Part shown: positions 37,031 to 50,737 of the stretch, one piece after another
Position numbering within the stretch: position 1 is the first letter of the stretch
How the letters are laid out: the number at the start of each line of letters is the position of its first letter
Source of the DNA: Leptogorgia sarmentosa
Lineage: Eukaryota
Assembly: GCA_964658305.1 (NCBI GenBank)
Contig: OZ210885.1
Location: 19,716,001-19,780,000, forward strand
Length of the DNA: 64,000 nucleotides
Reading direction: 5' to 3'
Made by a program: the position numbers and the translations under genes
Notes under the pieces: generated by a model
Databases searched by the model: none
What the model was told of the DNA's origin: nothing
Seen by the model: only the letters and a program-made list of their open reading frames with translations

Positions 37031-40000
37031 TTTCCATCAATCGCTTTACTATCCTCGATGCATATCCACTGCCAAAAATTACAGATCACAGCTCTCGCTC
37101 AACATGTGCGACGATCACGCTCACGCTCTTCCTACTATGCCACTTCCGGTGCCCCAATCCCTGACACACTCCCCCATATATATTCTAGATTTAGATATAT
37201 GTGTAAAAAATCAACTGGTTCCACATTCGACAATGTCACAGTCTTAACAAAACTAAGAAATAACTGATGTACTTTATATAGTTCGTACGAGTAATGATAT
37301 ATAAATGTTCATTTGTCCCTTGTTAATGTTCTTTGTTCTCTTGTTCTGATATTTCCTTTACTCTCAATAATGCTGCAGCTGCTGAATCTCTTCTGGGTCT
37401 CGGTTGATACTCCTTGGCAGTTGGGTTAAGTTGACTCGTCGGAGTAACATAACAACTGAGTTCCAGAGGGAACAGGTGTTGGGTTGCTCGTTCTAGGTAA
37501 CCGTTGGTGGTTTTTAGCTGTGCTGCCCTGACAATGCCATCTCTCCCCGTGATTACGCGCTTGACTACTGCTAATTTCCACATGTTTCTAGGTTTCTGGT
37601 CCTCTTTAATAACAACGACATCTCCAGGGCTTGGTCGCTTTCTTTTCTCCGGTTAGGCGATGCTGCTCACGAAGTGAATACATCACGAGGTAGGCTTTCC
37701 ATTCTTTCTTTGATTGCTGTGCATACGTAATCGGACCCGCAAAGTCGACACCAAGTACTTGGAACGGTGTAGTACCTTGTGTTCATGTGGTAGGTAGGTT
37801 TCCCCGGTGGTGGCTCTTGATATGCTTTGGCTTGTAACCTTCTGCACCCATGACAGCTGTACAGATTTTCTTCATCAAACGCCGAAGTCGGGGCACCTAG
37901 AAGCGCTCTCTTACTTTTGCCATTGTGAGTCCAATCCCTCCATGCAGTGTGGAGATGTGTGCTTGGCATATGACTTGCGTTGTAAAGGGGTTTTGGAGTG
38001 GCGGAACCGGATGTAGACAATCATTTAAGGAAGGATCTAGATTGCTCTCCCTTGCAGATGCATCGAAGACAATACGCAATTTAGTACTCTCTGCCTTGCT
38101 CCTGGTGACACCTTTATGTGGAATATAGAATTCTAGATCTCTAGAGCATAGATCTCGACTCTAGTAGTAGTTGACCCAAGCATCATTTCAATTCGTTTTG
38201 TTTTCACCTCTTTCGACTTCATCTTCATTGAACTTATCAAGTCACTGGAAGCATATGAGCTGCCAGCCCCAGTGTCAAGGAGTGCATGTGTCTTAATCAC
38301 TTCAACAAAGACTATTGGGTATATCACTTCACTGTCAGTAGGACTATGGGCTGACTTCATTAGTTCCTTCTCATCTACTTTGAGTGTGTCACAGATTGAT
38401 GTGTGGTGCCACTTTTTACACAATTGGCAGTTGGAGGTACTTCGACATTTAGAGGCCCTGTGAGAGGGCCCTGTGCAGTTAGAGCACAGCTGATTTTCAG
38501 CCAGGAACTTCTTTTGATCTTCGAATGTCAAAACTGTGTCACACTCAGCAGATTTATGGCTTTCAGAGTTACAAGAAACACATTTACAGGTAGGTTTACT
38601 TATCTGGTGAGGTTTCTGCTGGGTTGCAAACTGGTAACCACCATGTCTCCGCTCTGGTTTCTTCATCACATCACCAGGTTTATGTCTGTCAACTGGGTTT
38701 CTTCGGGTCCAGTGTCGCAGTGCCTCAGTAAACTGAATAAAGTTCCAATTCTCCCAATTGGGATCATTTCGTACCAATCACCTCTGATTGCTGGTAATTT
38801 CTCTAAGGTCATTGTGACTGTGCCATTAACTGCTTCATGTTGGTTGAGCGTCTCCAGTGATTGTACAGAGTGGCACGCTTATCGTGAAACTCGTGTATTT
38901 TCTTCACATTAGATGTAGGAATATGAGGCAGGTTTAATATGTCCTTTGCATAGGTCTTCACAATCTCACTTTGTTTTCCAAACCTGCCCTTAACTATTGC
39001 ATAAAACACGTTTGATATTGTATTTTGCTCGTTAAATCCCATCAAAGAGATGTCCTGAACTCTCGCCTCCAAGATGTATCCAGGACGAATCACTTGGAAT
39101 ATTGAAAATTATGTCACTTCCGGTACCCCAATCCCTGACAATTAATCTCCGGAGTGCCTATCATCAATTGCCTCTCAAAGAAGAAGATAAACCGTATACT
39201 GCCTTTCAAGCATGTAATGGTCTGTACCAGTTTACTCGCTTGCTTTTGGAGTTACCAACGGTGTAGCTTGTTTTCAAAGGGAAATGGTTAAGTTGGTCGA
39301 GCAACATTTTCTTAAAGGTACTTTCCCCTACCTTGATAACATTACCATCTGTGGCAAGGATCAAGAAGAGCATGATGAGAATTTGGGAAAATTTCTAGAA
39401 GGAGCAAATGCATAAATGTTTGTTACAATGACGATAAAAGTACCTTCTCAACGAGATGTCTTCCTCTCTTTGGATACTTGATTGAAGAAGGTAGCATCCG
39501 TCCCAATCCTGAACATTTGAGATGCCTCCTAGAGCTCCCAGTTCCTCACGATTCAAAGTCTTTAAAGAGATGTTTGGGATTATTTGCCCATTACTCACAG
39601 TGGATTCCAGAGTATTCTGATCGAATCAAGCCAATCACTAGTTGCAAGTCATTTCCTCTTTTGCAGCAAGCCTTTGAGAGTCTCAAGAAGAAGGTGGAGG
39701 ACACTGTTGTCGTCGCAATTGACGATAACATTCCTTTTGAAGTTGATACAGATGCATCTGATGTCGCCCTGGCAGCTACCCTCAACCAAAATGGACAACC
39801 AGTTGCTTTCTTTTCGCGAACATTACAGGATAGCGAATTAAAGCATGCATCTGTGGAAAAAGAAGCACATGCTATCATAGAAGCTGTTCGACACTGGAAA
39901 CATTTCTTAACCGGGAGGCATTTTGTTCTGAAAACAGATCAGAAGTCTGTCCCCTATATGTTTGATTAACAGCACAAAACGAAAATCAAAAACAACAAAA

Positions 40001-40745
40001 TAATGCAGTGGAGGCTGGAACTCTCCTGCTACAGTTTGGATATTATTTATCGTCCAGGAAAAGATAACATCCCCTGATACATTGTCCAGAGCAACATGTG
40101 CCTCGGCGTCAGAAGATTCCCTCTATAAACTCCACGAGTCACTTTGTCACCCTAGAGTAATACGACTTTATCATTTTGTGAGAACAAAGAATTTGCTGTG
40201 TGCCTTGGACGACATTAAGAGAATTACAAGCAGATGCCGTGTTTGTTGTGAATGTCAACCGCAATTCCATAATCCTCAGAAGGTACCTCTTATCAAAGCT
40301 ATCCAACCGTTTGAACACGTAAATATAGACTTCAAAAGTCCATTGCCCAGTGTTAATGGGAACAAGTACTTTCTCAATGTTATTGACGAATATTCTCGAT
40401 TGTCCTGATTTCTCAGCAGCAACAGTTGTGAAGTGCCTCATTTCTCTTTTCTCCTTCTTTGGAGAAGCACATGTTCATTCGGACCGTGGGGCTTCATTTA
40501 TGAGCATGAGTTGTGTGCTTTCTTCGGGGGGAAAGGCATTGCCACAAGCAGGACGACAAGCTATAACCCTGAAGGTAATGGTCAAGTTGAGAAGTATAAT
40601 GGTGTGGTATGGCAAGCAATCACTAAGGCACTCAAGTCCAAGGGTTTAGAAACCAAACACTGGCAAGATGTCCTGCCAGATGTTTTACATTCTCTTCATT
40701 CACTCCTATGTACTGCCACCAACGAGACTCCACACGAGCGGAGCG
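37030..40745 (+). mobile_element. Gypsy/Ty3 pol remnant (RT-RNase H-integrase) interrupted by a BEL remnant at about 37090-39140
   Basis: INRFTILDAYPLPKI (37030-37088) resumes as NLRSAYHQLPL at 39141, then YLDNITI, TDASDVAL, EKEAHAI, KTDQKS, H..C..C zinc motif, HSDRG, NGQVEKYN. Confidence 0.88.
37090..39140 (-). mobile_element. Internally deleted BEL/Pao element nested in the Gypsy remnant
   Basis: Direct-repeat LTR ends CACTTCCGGT.CCCCAATCCCTGACA at 37141-37167 and 39115-39140. Polypurine tract next to 37167. Gag knuckles, LLDTGAGSSY, RIVFDAS, and an integrase C-terminus (GRDGIVRAA, LFPLEL). Confidence 0.82.
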
Positions 40746-42202
40746 TCTCAAGTCAAGCCGGTGTCAAACGATGTATCTCCCGTGTTAGCAGAAGATCAAC
40801 CCGGCGCTGAACACTTACAGATCTCTGCGCGACCACCATTGTGTCGTTTCGAACATGTGTCTCGCCGCCGGATAGACTTGGATGGACATAATTATAAGGA
40901 TGGTGTAAATGTTGTAAATTACATTCATCCAAATATTAATTTCTTCATTGAAGTTGAACTTTAATAACTTTAGGTATTCTGGGCAGATATTAGGAGCCCG
41001 CAGTCAAATTGTACATTTTTATCTTGTAGCATTTTAATTCGGTAGCCATATTTGTAGTCTCTTTATGTATAGCAGAATTTTGTTGATTAAAGTCTAATTT
41101 AATAGGCAAATAGTATCGAATTACTTTACAACAGTAAGTGAAGTCAAATGTATTATATTTGTACAAAACAATAACAATCCTTATGAAATCTACAATAATT
41201 ATGTTGAAGTAAGCATAGTTTTTCATCCTATGAAATTTTTTTTTTTAAAAATCAGAGATTTAAAACTCTGCCAGGCATATTTGTGATTTCATGCATTATT
41301 AGCCATTTGCTGGGGTGGTGCATGGTCATTTTCTTGTGACATATTATACTTAGCGAAATTTTTCCCTCCAATGACCACCCCTAAAAGCAACCCTTCTTAA
41401 CACTATAAGCACTTCAGAAAAGCTGTTGCTTTTATTTTTTGGAAGTTAGAGGTGTGTCGACACTGCCATTTCAGGGCGGGGTCATTTTGAGCACTTTTGT
41501 CCCGGATTCAGGTTTTGGCACATATGCCATGTTGACTGGCATGGTCAATTTACCCTAAAACAGTTGAGATTATCTGTCCTAAATGAAGTGCATACAAACT
41601 CATATACAGGTCCTAGACTATACGGCGATAAATGACACGATTACGGCGATTTCAGCAACAAATGACAACGAATTAGTGTTTGTTTCACCTGTAGTTAATG
41701 ACTAAAATCACGTATATAACGCAATGTATGACGCACATATATGTAAATGATTCATCAAATATGCGCGCCAATTTTCTGTTGTATTATTGTAAATGCGCGA
41801 ACTATACTGCTACTCTCTACTGCCGCAGTTTGCATGCTAATACCCGAAGATTGTTTAGGTGTTTACTATATAGATAGTATATATAATGTTAGATTTACTT
41901 TTAAATATCAGTTGGGCAATTAGCGAATATTTCAGGTTACAAGAGTTCTAGAACACATATATACCAAGTATACAATTTGTATGCGCGTTTGAGTTGCAAA
42001 TAAATGATGTGTATTCGAATACACTAGAGAATGATGCCCTAAAGCTTTACAAACCTTATCTTCTGATTCAAAATGCTTTCATAAAATTCAGTAATACATG
42101 AAGGCAACAACTACTGCAAGTTCACTCCACAATATGCAAAGATCAAAGTCAGACGTATTAATTGGTGTTTGAATTGCAAAAGCTAGTACTGAAAGTATCA
42201 TA

Positions 42203-42642
42203 CAGGGTGTCTCAAAAAAAAGGTAATCCAACTTTGGCATGCCATTGTGCGTTAATTACTGGGTGTACGAACGTGATTTTTGCATGGTCATAAAGATCAA
42301 GGTCTTAGCAGTTGAATGACATATTTGTTGTACGATATGGAAGAAAATCGGGCAAATGCGAGCGTGTTGAAAAATCTCGGTGAAAAACGCATTCTTTCAC
42401 CTCTGAGAATTGCAGCTAAACTTATTCAAAATTAACTCCCTCTGGGACTCGAAGATGACGACCTTCCCTTCAACAATCGACCTGATTATGCATAATTATT
42501 AATAATCCTGATAAAATCTTTGTTTCCATGAAACTGCTAAGACCTTGATCTTTATGACCATGCAAAAATCACGTTCGTACACCCAGTAATTAACGCACAA
42601 TGGCATGCCAAAGTTGGATTACCTTTTTTTTGAGACACCCTG
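42203..42642. mobile_element. Tc1/mariner-type MITE with 111-bp perfect TIRs and TA TSD
   Basis: TA|CAGGGTGTCTCAAAAAAAAGG...CCTTTTTTTTGAGACACCCTG|TA. Arms at 42203-42313 and 42532-42642. Confidence 0.95.
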
Positions 42643-44269
42643 TATAACAAACATGTTAGGATTGATAGTTGACCAATTGGCAATGGAGCGGCGTTCCTTA
42701 GAAGCATCGCTTGCAGTTCGCCTATAATCCTCGAATAGCAAGTTGACTTAGCGTGTGCGCAATAGCTGATTTATCATTGTCGAGGCAAGCACGTAATAAT
42801 GAAGAAATAACCGGAATTTTTGTGAAGGGCACAGCATAACAATCAATACGTGCTCAAAGATATAGCTAAGCCCTACGAAACGTCTAGAAGTAATTGACAG
42901 ACAACGAAAAATATAGAAACTTGAAACCTCAAGCTCGCAATGATATATATAGATGCTAACATCACGTATTTGGGCTTAAACAAGCGCTGTAATAAACAAT
43001 GTTGTTAACCTGCTTTATCAGCAAAGATTCTAACATTGTTGATTTCGAAATTATCTTTGAATATTTTTTTGAGATCTAAATGTTAGGGCAAGCGGGGCTT
43101 GCCTGCGCTTGCTGGACCACACGCCACTGCTTAGCAGGCTAAATAGTCTCCAATACTTTAGACCAAGAACCAAAATTCTAAGACAAAATTCTTATAATGT
43201 TCATCATCTTGAATGCCACAAGTTGCATTTGCTGGACTCTAATTTTCAAAATTCTATGGGAGGGATTTTCGAAATGTGGGAAACAGTATCTACTGTAGGG
43301 CAGACAATTATTTGGGTTTTCCATCCTGGTCTCTTGTCTGTTATCATGAAAAATACTAAAAAGAGTAAAACAATTTGGACTGTTGGTGGGAAGCCATCAG
43401 CAGCAAGCACCCATCCATGAATACTGTCTCTCCTGGGAATCATAATACCCCCTTAGCCTAACAATCATGTTTATTTATTTTTGTAATCATTAGTTTAAAA
43501 CTGGCCCTAATAAAATATTGATAATAATAATAATAGTAGTAATAATAATAATAATATAATTAATGATCATGGTTATACTAGTGTATTGTATAGACAACTG
43601 TATTAATTGTTATATTCTATGTTTAATTTGTGCACTATCCTTTTGTAGCCATGGCTATCTCACTCACATTTCAAAGTTCCTTTAGCTTTACAAAATTTAA
43701 ACAAAGTGGCTTTTCAATATCATTTGAAAGATGGATGGACAAGGCATGCAATGTTTCTGTGTAATAGCTTTCAATTGGAAGCAGGTTTTTAAATAATATA
43801 CACAGCTGGTCCAATAATTAGCAGTGGAAAAACTCGTAAGTCTTGCTGCAAGACTGCTAATTATTGGCAGTGTTCTGTTTTTTTTTAAATGCATACTGTA
43901 TGTATATGTTCAAGCTTGCACTAACCAAAATTACTGTAGCCTAAACCTGTACCCGTCTATTTCTCTTTTTACAGTATTATTTTTATACTAATCATTGCTT
44001 GTGTTTACTATCTTCTAGAACAATTCATTTAACAGTGACTTACCCATATGTCCTATAAACGAAAACAACCATTGGACACTTTGTGTAATTATTGCAAATC
44101 TGTTTTCTCTTACATAGAGATACCAGAAGAGTATACTTATTTCATACAAAATGTTTAAAATGCATAAATTATGTCTACATTTTAATTATAAGCTGACTTT
44201 AGTCATAGCTGTTCATCACAGGCGATTTGTGTTCAGCTGTAGTTAATATGTGCTGTGTATTATGATTCT

Positions 44270-44375
44270 CATTAAGGTGGTGGACACAAGGAGCAAAGTA
44301 GTTACCTATTATGATTCAGTGGGTGCTTCACGTACACCACCATATGTTGATGGACACCTCAAGTTAATGAAGTAG
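44270..44375 (+). pseudogene. Possible Ulp1/SENP-type protease exon fragment
   Basis: VVDTRSKVVTYYDSVG resembles the C48 peptidase VVD..I.YYDS motif and is followed by a GT donor. The match is very short. Confidence 0.3.
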
Positions 44376-46097
44376 GTATGATTATATAGTGAATAACAAG
44401 CACCTGGAAATGAGGCACTAGTTTTGAACATACATAGTAAATAATAATATCCAGTGGGTGTATCCTGCATGTAGAACTAGCTCAGGTAGTAATGTTGATG
44501 TCCTTCCAGTTGGAAACTAGGAATCCAAGGATAGTGCAAAGTTTGTACGAAGATATCGAGCTAAAGCTGATGTCGCTTGGCGGCCTGTTGTGATCCGAAT
44601 TGCCTTAAAAATCATTCCATGTAACATCAGCTCAAAGAAAAGCTTGATGTAATAAAATAATTTAAAAGACTTTATAGCCAAAAAAAGGAAATCTGCACGT
44701 TCAAATTTCGCGTGCTCGACATTATTTTGTTGAATCTGTGACCTCTGACCTTCATGTTATAATAATAATACGGAGTGTAACAATGAACGGGCGATTATAC
44801 AGTACTCAACAAATGTATAACCTGTAGGTTACCTCTGCGTTATAATAGAAATTCAGTCTATTCACAATTTTAGGCCAACGTTAAATTTACTTTTGTTCGC
44901 CTACATATATAGTTTAATTCTGCTGCGAAATTGAAGAATCCCTGAGTCGCCACTAATCATGTAAACAATCTAGACAAGCAACCCAAGCTTACTGAAGCTG
45001 TCGACTATTTTCTGTCAGTATGATCATGAATCATGTCATCTATTTAGTCGACTTAAATAGATTACCAGGCAAAAGTGAGCAACTGGCTGAATTTGATTGT
45101 AGTAAATTATTCTTTTACATTGGGAGTACAATGGGAATATTTCCATAACCGCTAAGCTGCGACTATGGCGAGAACAAATGGAAACAAACACGTTCAAATA
45201 AATGTGTGAAGCGAATACACCGACCATTATATATCAATCGTATGAACTAAATAAGATTTAAAATTATGGTTTTCTTGTTGCGACGAGTTTATTACTGCAT
45301 TAAGTGTACCCTCAAAGCAAATACGGCAAACTAAAAAATGTATGCAGATTTATAATATCCACGGCAGCAGTTGATAGTATGGGGCCCTGTGAGTATGGGC
45401 TATGGCTGTTTTTGTTCATGACAACTCATACTTGTTTTCTAGATTCATCGCAGATATTCAAATAACATTTTAACCGCTTTGGCAACATGTTGAAACATTG
45501 TTGAAACTTGGCCACATTACTGATTCAATGTCGCACTCCTTAGCGTCTGCCATATTGTATTACACAAATATTTCATCCCACGAACACGTGCCGAGTTGCA
45601 ATTTTCGCAAAAATCCAAATTCCGGAGGGGCTTTGCGGCATTGTGTACTATAACTTGAGGCATCTTAGATTACATTACTTCCCTAGCTATATTTCTTATC
45701 CATACGAATAACTGCAAACAATGATGAACAATAGTATAACGTTACAATTGGATAATTTTTGCTTAAAAGTTGAAAGGATATCGGTACACTAAGGAGTTTC
45801 GCACATCAACAGAAATTGGGACACTCCCCCCGGAGTTTACACTATGACTGAATAGCTGAATGACTGAATGACTCGATGACTGATGTGAATTTTCCCCACT
45901 CATCACAATACTGAAGGAAATACTAAAAAGAAGGCTACAACACTTTCTCAAGCCCAGAAATTTCGTAAAGCATTGGATGTGGCCTGAAGCATGGCGTCAT
46001 TGGCAAGCGAAGGTGCATTGCCGACATTCGAAGCAAGGTCAAGTTCACCAAAAAGAAAATTCGCCAAACAATCTGTTTCCAGGAAGTGACAATAATA

Positions 46098-46660
46098 CAG
46101 GGTGTCTCAAAAAAAAGGTAATCGAACTTTGGCATGCCATTGTGCGTTAATTACTGGGTGTATGAACGTGATTTTTATATGGTCTTAACGAGCAAGTTAT
46201 TAGCTGTTGAACAACAAGTTTTTTGTACCATTTTGAGTAAAATGGAGGACGTATAAGTCTATTAAAAATCGTTGGTCGAAATTGAATATATTCACCTCTG
46301 TGCCTAATTAAAGCAGTGCATAACAAAAGAAAAATGCAATGAATCAAGAATGTGTCATGGTAACAAAGATTTTATCAGCCGATTATTAATAATTATGCAT
46401 AATCAGGTCTTTTGTTGAAGGGAAGGTCGTCATCTTCGAGTCCCAGAGGGAGTTCATTTTGAATAAGTTTAGGGTGAAAATATGCGATTTCGACCAACGA
46501 TTGTTAATAGACTCATACGTGCTCCGTTTTACTCAAAATGGTAGAAAAAACTTGTCGTTCAACAGCTAATAACTTGCTCTTTATTACCATATAAAAATTA
46601 CGTTCATACACCCAGCAAATAGCGCTCAATAGCATGTCAAAGTTGGATTAAGACACACTG
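46098..46660. mobile_element. Second Tc1/mariner-type MITE (longer, diverged TIRs of ~190 bp)
   Basis: TA|CAGGGTGTCTCAAAA...AGACACACTG|TA. The internal block at about 46356-46470 is the reverse complement of about 42421-42530. Confidence 0.9.
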
Positions 46661-46789
46661 TATACCGGTGGTTAAAAAGGATCATGGTCCTCCTGTCAGT
46701 CATAAGCTTCGCAAGTGCAAATCTCCCGCAAATGAAAACTCTCCTAGCCCACCTGATATGCCAGTGACCAATGAAGCTCAGGCCTTGGT

Positions 46790-47385
46790 TGCCACTTCTT
46801 AAAAAAAACAGAACTTGTTTGCAGTTCAACAACGAAGGGTGGGGATAGCGAAATGAAGGATGTCAAGATGCCTCCAAAAATGCACAAAAGTGGAAGACCA
46901 AAAGGAGCAGAATTGATAGTTATTGGTCTGCCCAGAGTGAAAAAGGTGAAGAAAGGAATGGTGCCATTGGCAAAAGTTAGACCAGAAGAGAAGAACAGAA
47001 TTCTGTTAGAGTGCTTTGTCAGTCCAGCTGTTGCTAATAAAGCAATCCTAAGTGGTGCTTCAATACCTTCAGAGGAAGTGGAAACGATCATTCATCGCAT
47101 TCCAGATATGGTTCGGGATAAGGAAAATGTTGACCCAAGTCGTATTGAAAAGTACTTTACAGAAGATGCATGGAGAATTATTCTTGAAGCAAGAGAAAGG
47201 AAGAATAAATCGAAGTGGATGTGCCCAACGTGCCTGCGTTCAATCAATGGAAAAGATAGTATTGCCTGTGACAGATGTCTATGTTGGCATCACATTAAGT
47301 GTGCTTCATTGAAAGGACCACCTAAAGTACGAAATTAGTTTTGCAAGAAATGCAAAGCAAAATACTTTTCATTGACCAGATTGTA
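46790..47385 (+). pseudogene. C-terminal fragment of a transposon-type protein with a GRPKG motif and PHD finger
   Basis: KSGRPKG; WMCPTC..IACDRCLCWHHIKC..*FCKKC (C4HC3 with the conserved W mutated to TAG). No upstream part is visible. Confidence 0.7.
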
Positions 47386-48039
47386 AAACCATCTACCGTA
47401 CCTTTTATCTCACTGAAGTACTGTAATATGCCTTTAAAATATTCTATTTAGTTTATAAGGTTTTTGTTATAATTTATGTTACAGAATAACCATATTGAAA
47501 CTGGCTTCTTTTCTACCAGCACAAGACAGTACAGTATTTTTGTTTATGTTTTAAACATTCTTATGGTACCGAGAATATGCTCCTCAAATTCTAGAAACTT
47601 ATAAAATAATTAGCTTTTTCTTTACTCACATTCAAATGATCAGTTAGGACATGGGTGTGAGGACAAGGCAACTCACGCCTCCCAATTATTTGATGAAGTA
47701 AAGTATAGAAAGAAGATTAAACAGTAAATATGTCGAAGGACTTGCAGAGAATATCAAAATAAAATAACATCCGACAGTATCGATTATCACGATGAAGAGA
47801 CCCAAAGTTCTTATGTAGTTTGTATACTAAAAAGGTGAGATCAATCAGGAAAGGCTACCTATATTTGTAATCAGTATAATGCATTTGAAATCTACAACGT
47901 TATTTAGTATTGCAGAGTGCCAGTCATTTAGTATTTCAGGCCTTTTTAGATAGCTGGCTATATAGTAAGATCAGCAAATTCCAAATAACCGGCTGCCAGT
48001 CGTCTAGTTACTTCGAATAAAATGAACACAACAAACATA

Positions 48040-48310
48040 AAAGTATGTTATAAAACTGTTCACACGCTTCTTTTATGTTCTCAATAGACAGCTCTTCATA
48101 TTCTACCCCAAATGGTACAAAATCTCTGGTATCTAGTGGTTCAAACTTTTTCAATCTCCCACTAGGATGACTAGATATCCTCTGAACCAATATATGATTT
48201 GGAATTTTGCCAAGAGCCCTCTTCCCAGATGACGATTCTCGATCTTGCCCCGCTTCGTTTTAATCCGACTCTTTTTCGAAATCTTCCCAACTTTCTCTTG
48301 CTTTCCTTCA
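48040..48310 (-). pseudogene. Diverged N-terminal fragment homologous to the alpha-kinase ORF of the IS3EU element
   Basis: SWEDFEK..AG..LVQRISSHPSGRLKKFEPLDTRDFVPFGVEYEELSIENIKEACEQFY aligns by eye with AWKNFKN..AG..TVQRLSAYVTGKAQKYTRIGAREFVPYEFDEVTIPNIRRACLEHF. Confidence 0.75.
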
Positions 48311-48389
48311 TTTCATGCAACCATAATATCAGATAACACTATGAGAAAATTTTGTCTCCTGTTTGGTTTCACGATTTTACAATCCAATA

Positions 48390-48902
48390 TAGCAGAAATG
48401 TATAGCCACAGAACACATTATGTAAACTGGACTATGCTTTTAAGACCTGGACGACATATGGAGCGGGTGTGCGAGCGGATTCCCTCATTTCTCAGGCAAG
48501 ATGAGACAAAATTCAACGCCACAATGAAGAGGTAAGGCAAAACAGGGAAATTCTGAAAACCATCACTGAAGCTGTATTGTACCTATCCCAACAAGAGTTG
48601 GCGTTCAGAGGGCACAATGAATCAGAAGACAGCTTGAGTAAAAGTAACTATAGGGAGTTACTTGAGTCCTTTGCTAAATTTGGTTCAGGTTTTGAACGGC
48701 GCTTGCATGACAGATTAAGTGAATCTCAAAGGGGTGGGGCCCGTGATGGTGGACGGTTTACTGGGGTTTCTCCCGAAATCCAAAATGATTTAATTAGTTG
48801 CCTTGATTCAATTATTGAGGATGAAATTTTGAAAGAGAACAAGCAACTGGGATTTGTTGATGTCAGCTCAAATAGAGATGCTGCTGCTGTATCCTGGGTA
48901 AT
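48390..48902 (+). pseudogene. hAT transposase (ZMYM1/DUF4371-like) N-terminal remnant
   Basis: YLSQQELAFRGHNESEDSLSKSNYRELL and SPEIQNDLI motifs. Confidence 0.85.
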
Positions 48903-49285
48903 TGATTTTATATTTTTGATATAGGTAATAGGAACCACATTGTTGCCGTATATTTCATGTGGTAGCAGTATTGTGTAGGTTACAGAGATAGGGGATTATT
49001 GCATGCGGTAAAACATGTTTCCGTTTGGCCTATCACTTAAACTGCACGTTTTTAAGGTAGATATGATGGAAGCATTATGTAAAAATGAATAAAATGCTTG
49101 TATGTATGTATACTTATAAACTGTGTGGATGCCAAAGTGTAAACATATACATAGAGTTAAGATGTGTGGTGTGTAAAAAGGGATCAAGTCCAAATCGGAA
49201 ATGATCATGTTGAAATAAAAGCTTGTAGGATACATGTATTTTCGATAAAAAGGTAGAGAAGGAAGAGTATGTGTGTGATTCAGTG

Positions 49286-49330
49286 TCCCTGGACGCGGCG
49301 TTTCGTCCTCCGTGGACTCATCAGCAGGGA
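49286..49330 (-). ncRNA. Minimal type I hammerhead ribozyme
   Basis: Minus strand UCCCUG-CUGAUGA-GUCC-ACGGA-GGAC-GAAA-CGC-C-GCG-UC^CAGGGA has the full conserved core, a 6-bp stem I, a 4-bp stem II, a short stem III and a GUC cleavage triplet. Confidence 0.93.
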
Positions 49331-50352
49331 ATTGGGGTTGGCGCATGTTAAAAGATAAGGAAGCTTAAACAGGAGTGTAAACAAACTAAAATAAAATTTG
49401 CTATATATGTGTAGAATGTTCTAAAAGGTTATCATACCAAATTGTTTCATGTTGCGATGCAGGCCAATGCGGAATTCCATTTTAGTAGAATAAACTTGAG
49501 GGCTTTATGGTGTCTGCTAGGAGATGCTTGCTGTAGCGAAAGGGTCGAATGTCATGTGCGCACATGTGTATAAATTGTGTGTTAGGGGGCGTCTTGGGCA
49601 TGGCTGTTGCTGTGTGGTTAGTTGGGGTCTTAGGGGGTGAATGTTGTGTAGGTAGGATAATTGCTTGTTACTTCATGTAGTATGTTGTAAATGTTATTGA
49701 TTTTGGGAAGTAATTGTGTAGTATCCCCGTTATTCAAGGTAATAATAGTTATTTGGGTCTATATGATAATGGCGACGCTGTAGTGGTTGTGAAATGTGAA
49801 GTTGGTGGATGCATCCAGAACAATACAAGATGGGTCGGGGAAAATGTCGTATATATATTTATACAGAAATTTATACGTTCGTGCAGCTGAGGGAGGATTC
49901 TATGTACAAGGTGTGAGGCCATATAGTATAGTGATGTGTTTGTGTCTTGAAAATATATATAGTAGATGACTAATTATTACCTTATAGCATGATGCTGTGT
50001 TTCAATGTAATTGAACAGTCTGTGGTCCATACAGTGTAAAAACTCCTATGTATATATGAAGTACAGGTCAGAGTGTTATGTAGTTGACGTGTAGGTTTTT
50101 GTGAACACATATTGGTGTAGAGGTAATTGGAGCCTCAATAGGAACAGTGGATTGTATCTGAGGATACATTGAGGCTGCAAAATGTTAAACATTGCACTCT
50201 AAAAATTACAGGCCAGCCAAACCTAAATGGTGCCTAGTTGTTGCAATTGTTCTGTATGGTTAGGTTAGGCTATCGTCCCTCCCTCTGTGGGCATGACCAT
50301 GTAGTGTTTAGTAGAATGTAGTCTATAGAAAGAGATGACATGGTGCAAGGTC

Positions 50353-50737
50353 TATGGTGGCCGATTCGTTTTTTGTCATTTATTGGAATGTTTTTTTAAA
50401 TGATTATCATTACAAAGTCAAAATTGAATGCAAATTAAAATTCGAATTAAACTACAAGTAAAATAAAAGTACACTATAAAGTAAAATCGTATTTAAATCG
50501 AGACACCATCGTTATTAAAAGTAAAATCATTTTGATGTTAAAACTAAAATCAATTATTGTCTCAAATAAAAGTACCATTCAAAATCAAATCAAATTTAAA
50601 ATCAAACGAAAACATTTTTTTATCGGCCTAGCGCTATCATAGTATCCCATCAGGCATTGCTAAGGTATTTACGCCCGCACTAAATCAATCGTTAAGGTTT
50701 GGAGTGTACTTGGTGTAAGCTATCTATGATGTATCAG
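50353..50737 (+). repeat. Left TIR (385 bp)
   Basis: Reverse complement of 53951-54344 apart from a 9-bp deletion (CGCTATCAT) near the tip and a few substitutions. Confidence 0.96.

Noticed and set aside
43109..45951. Short ORFs in AT-rich sequence
   Set aside because: No motifs or consistent exon chain; treated as non-coding or unrecognisable relics.
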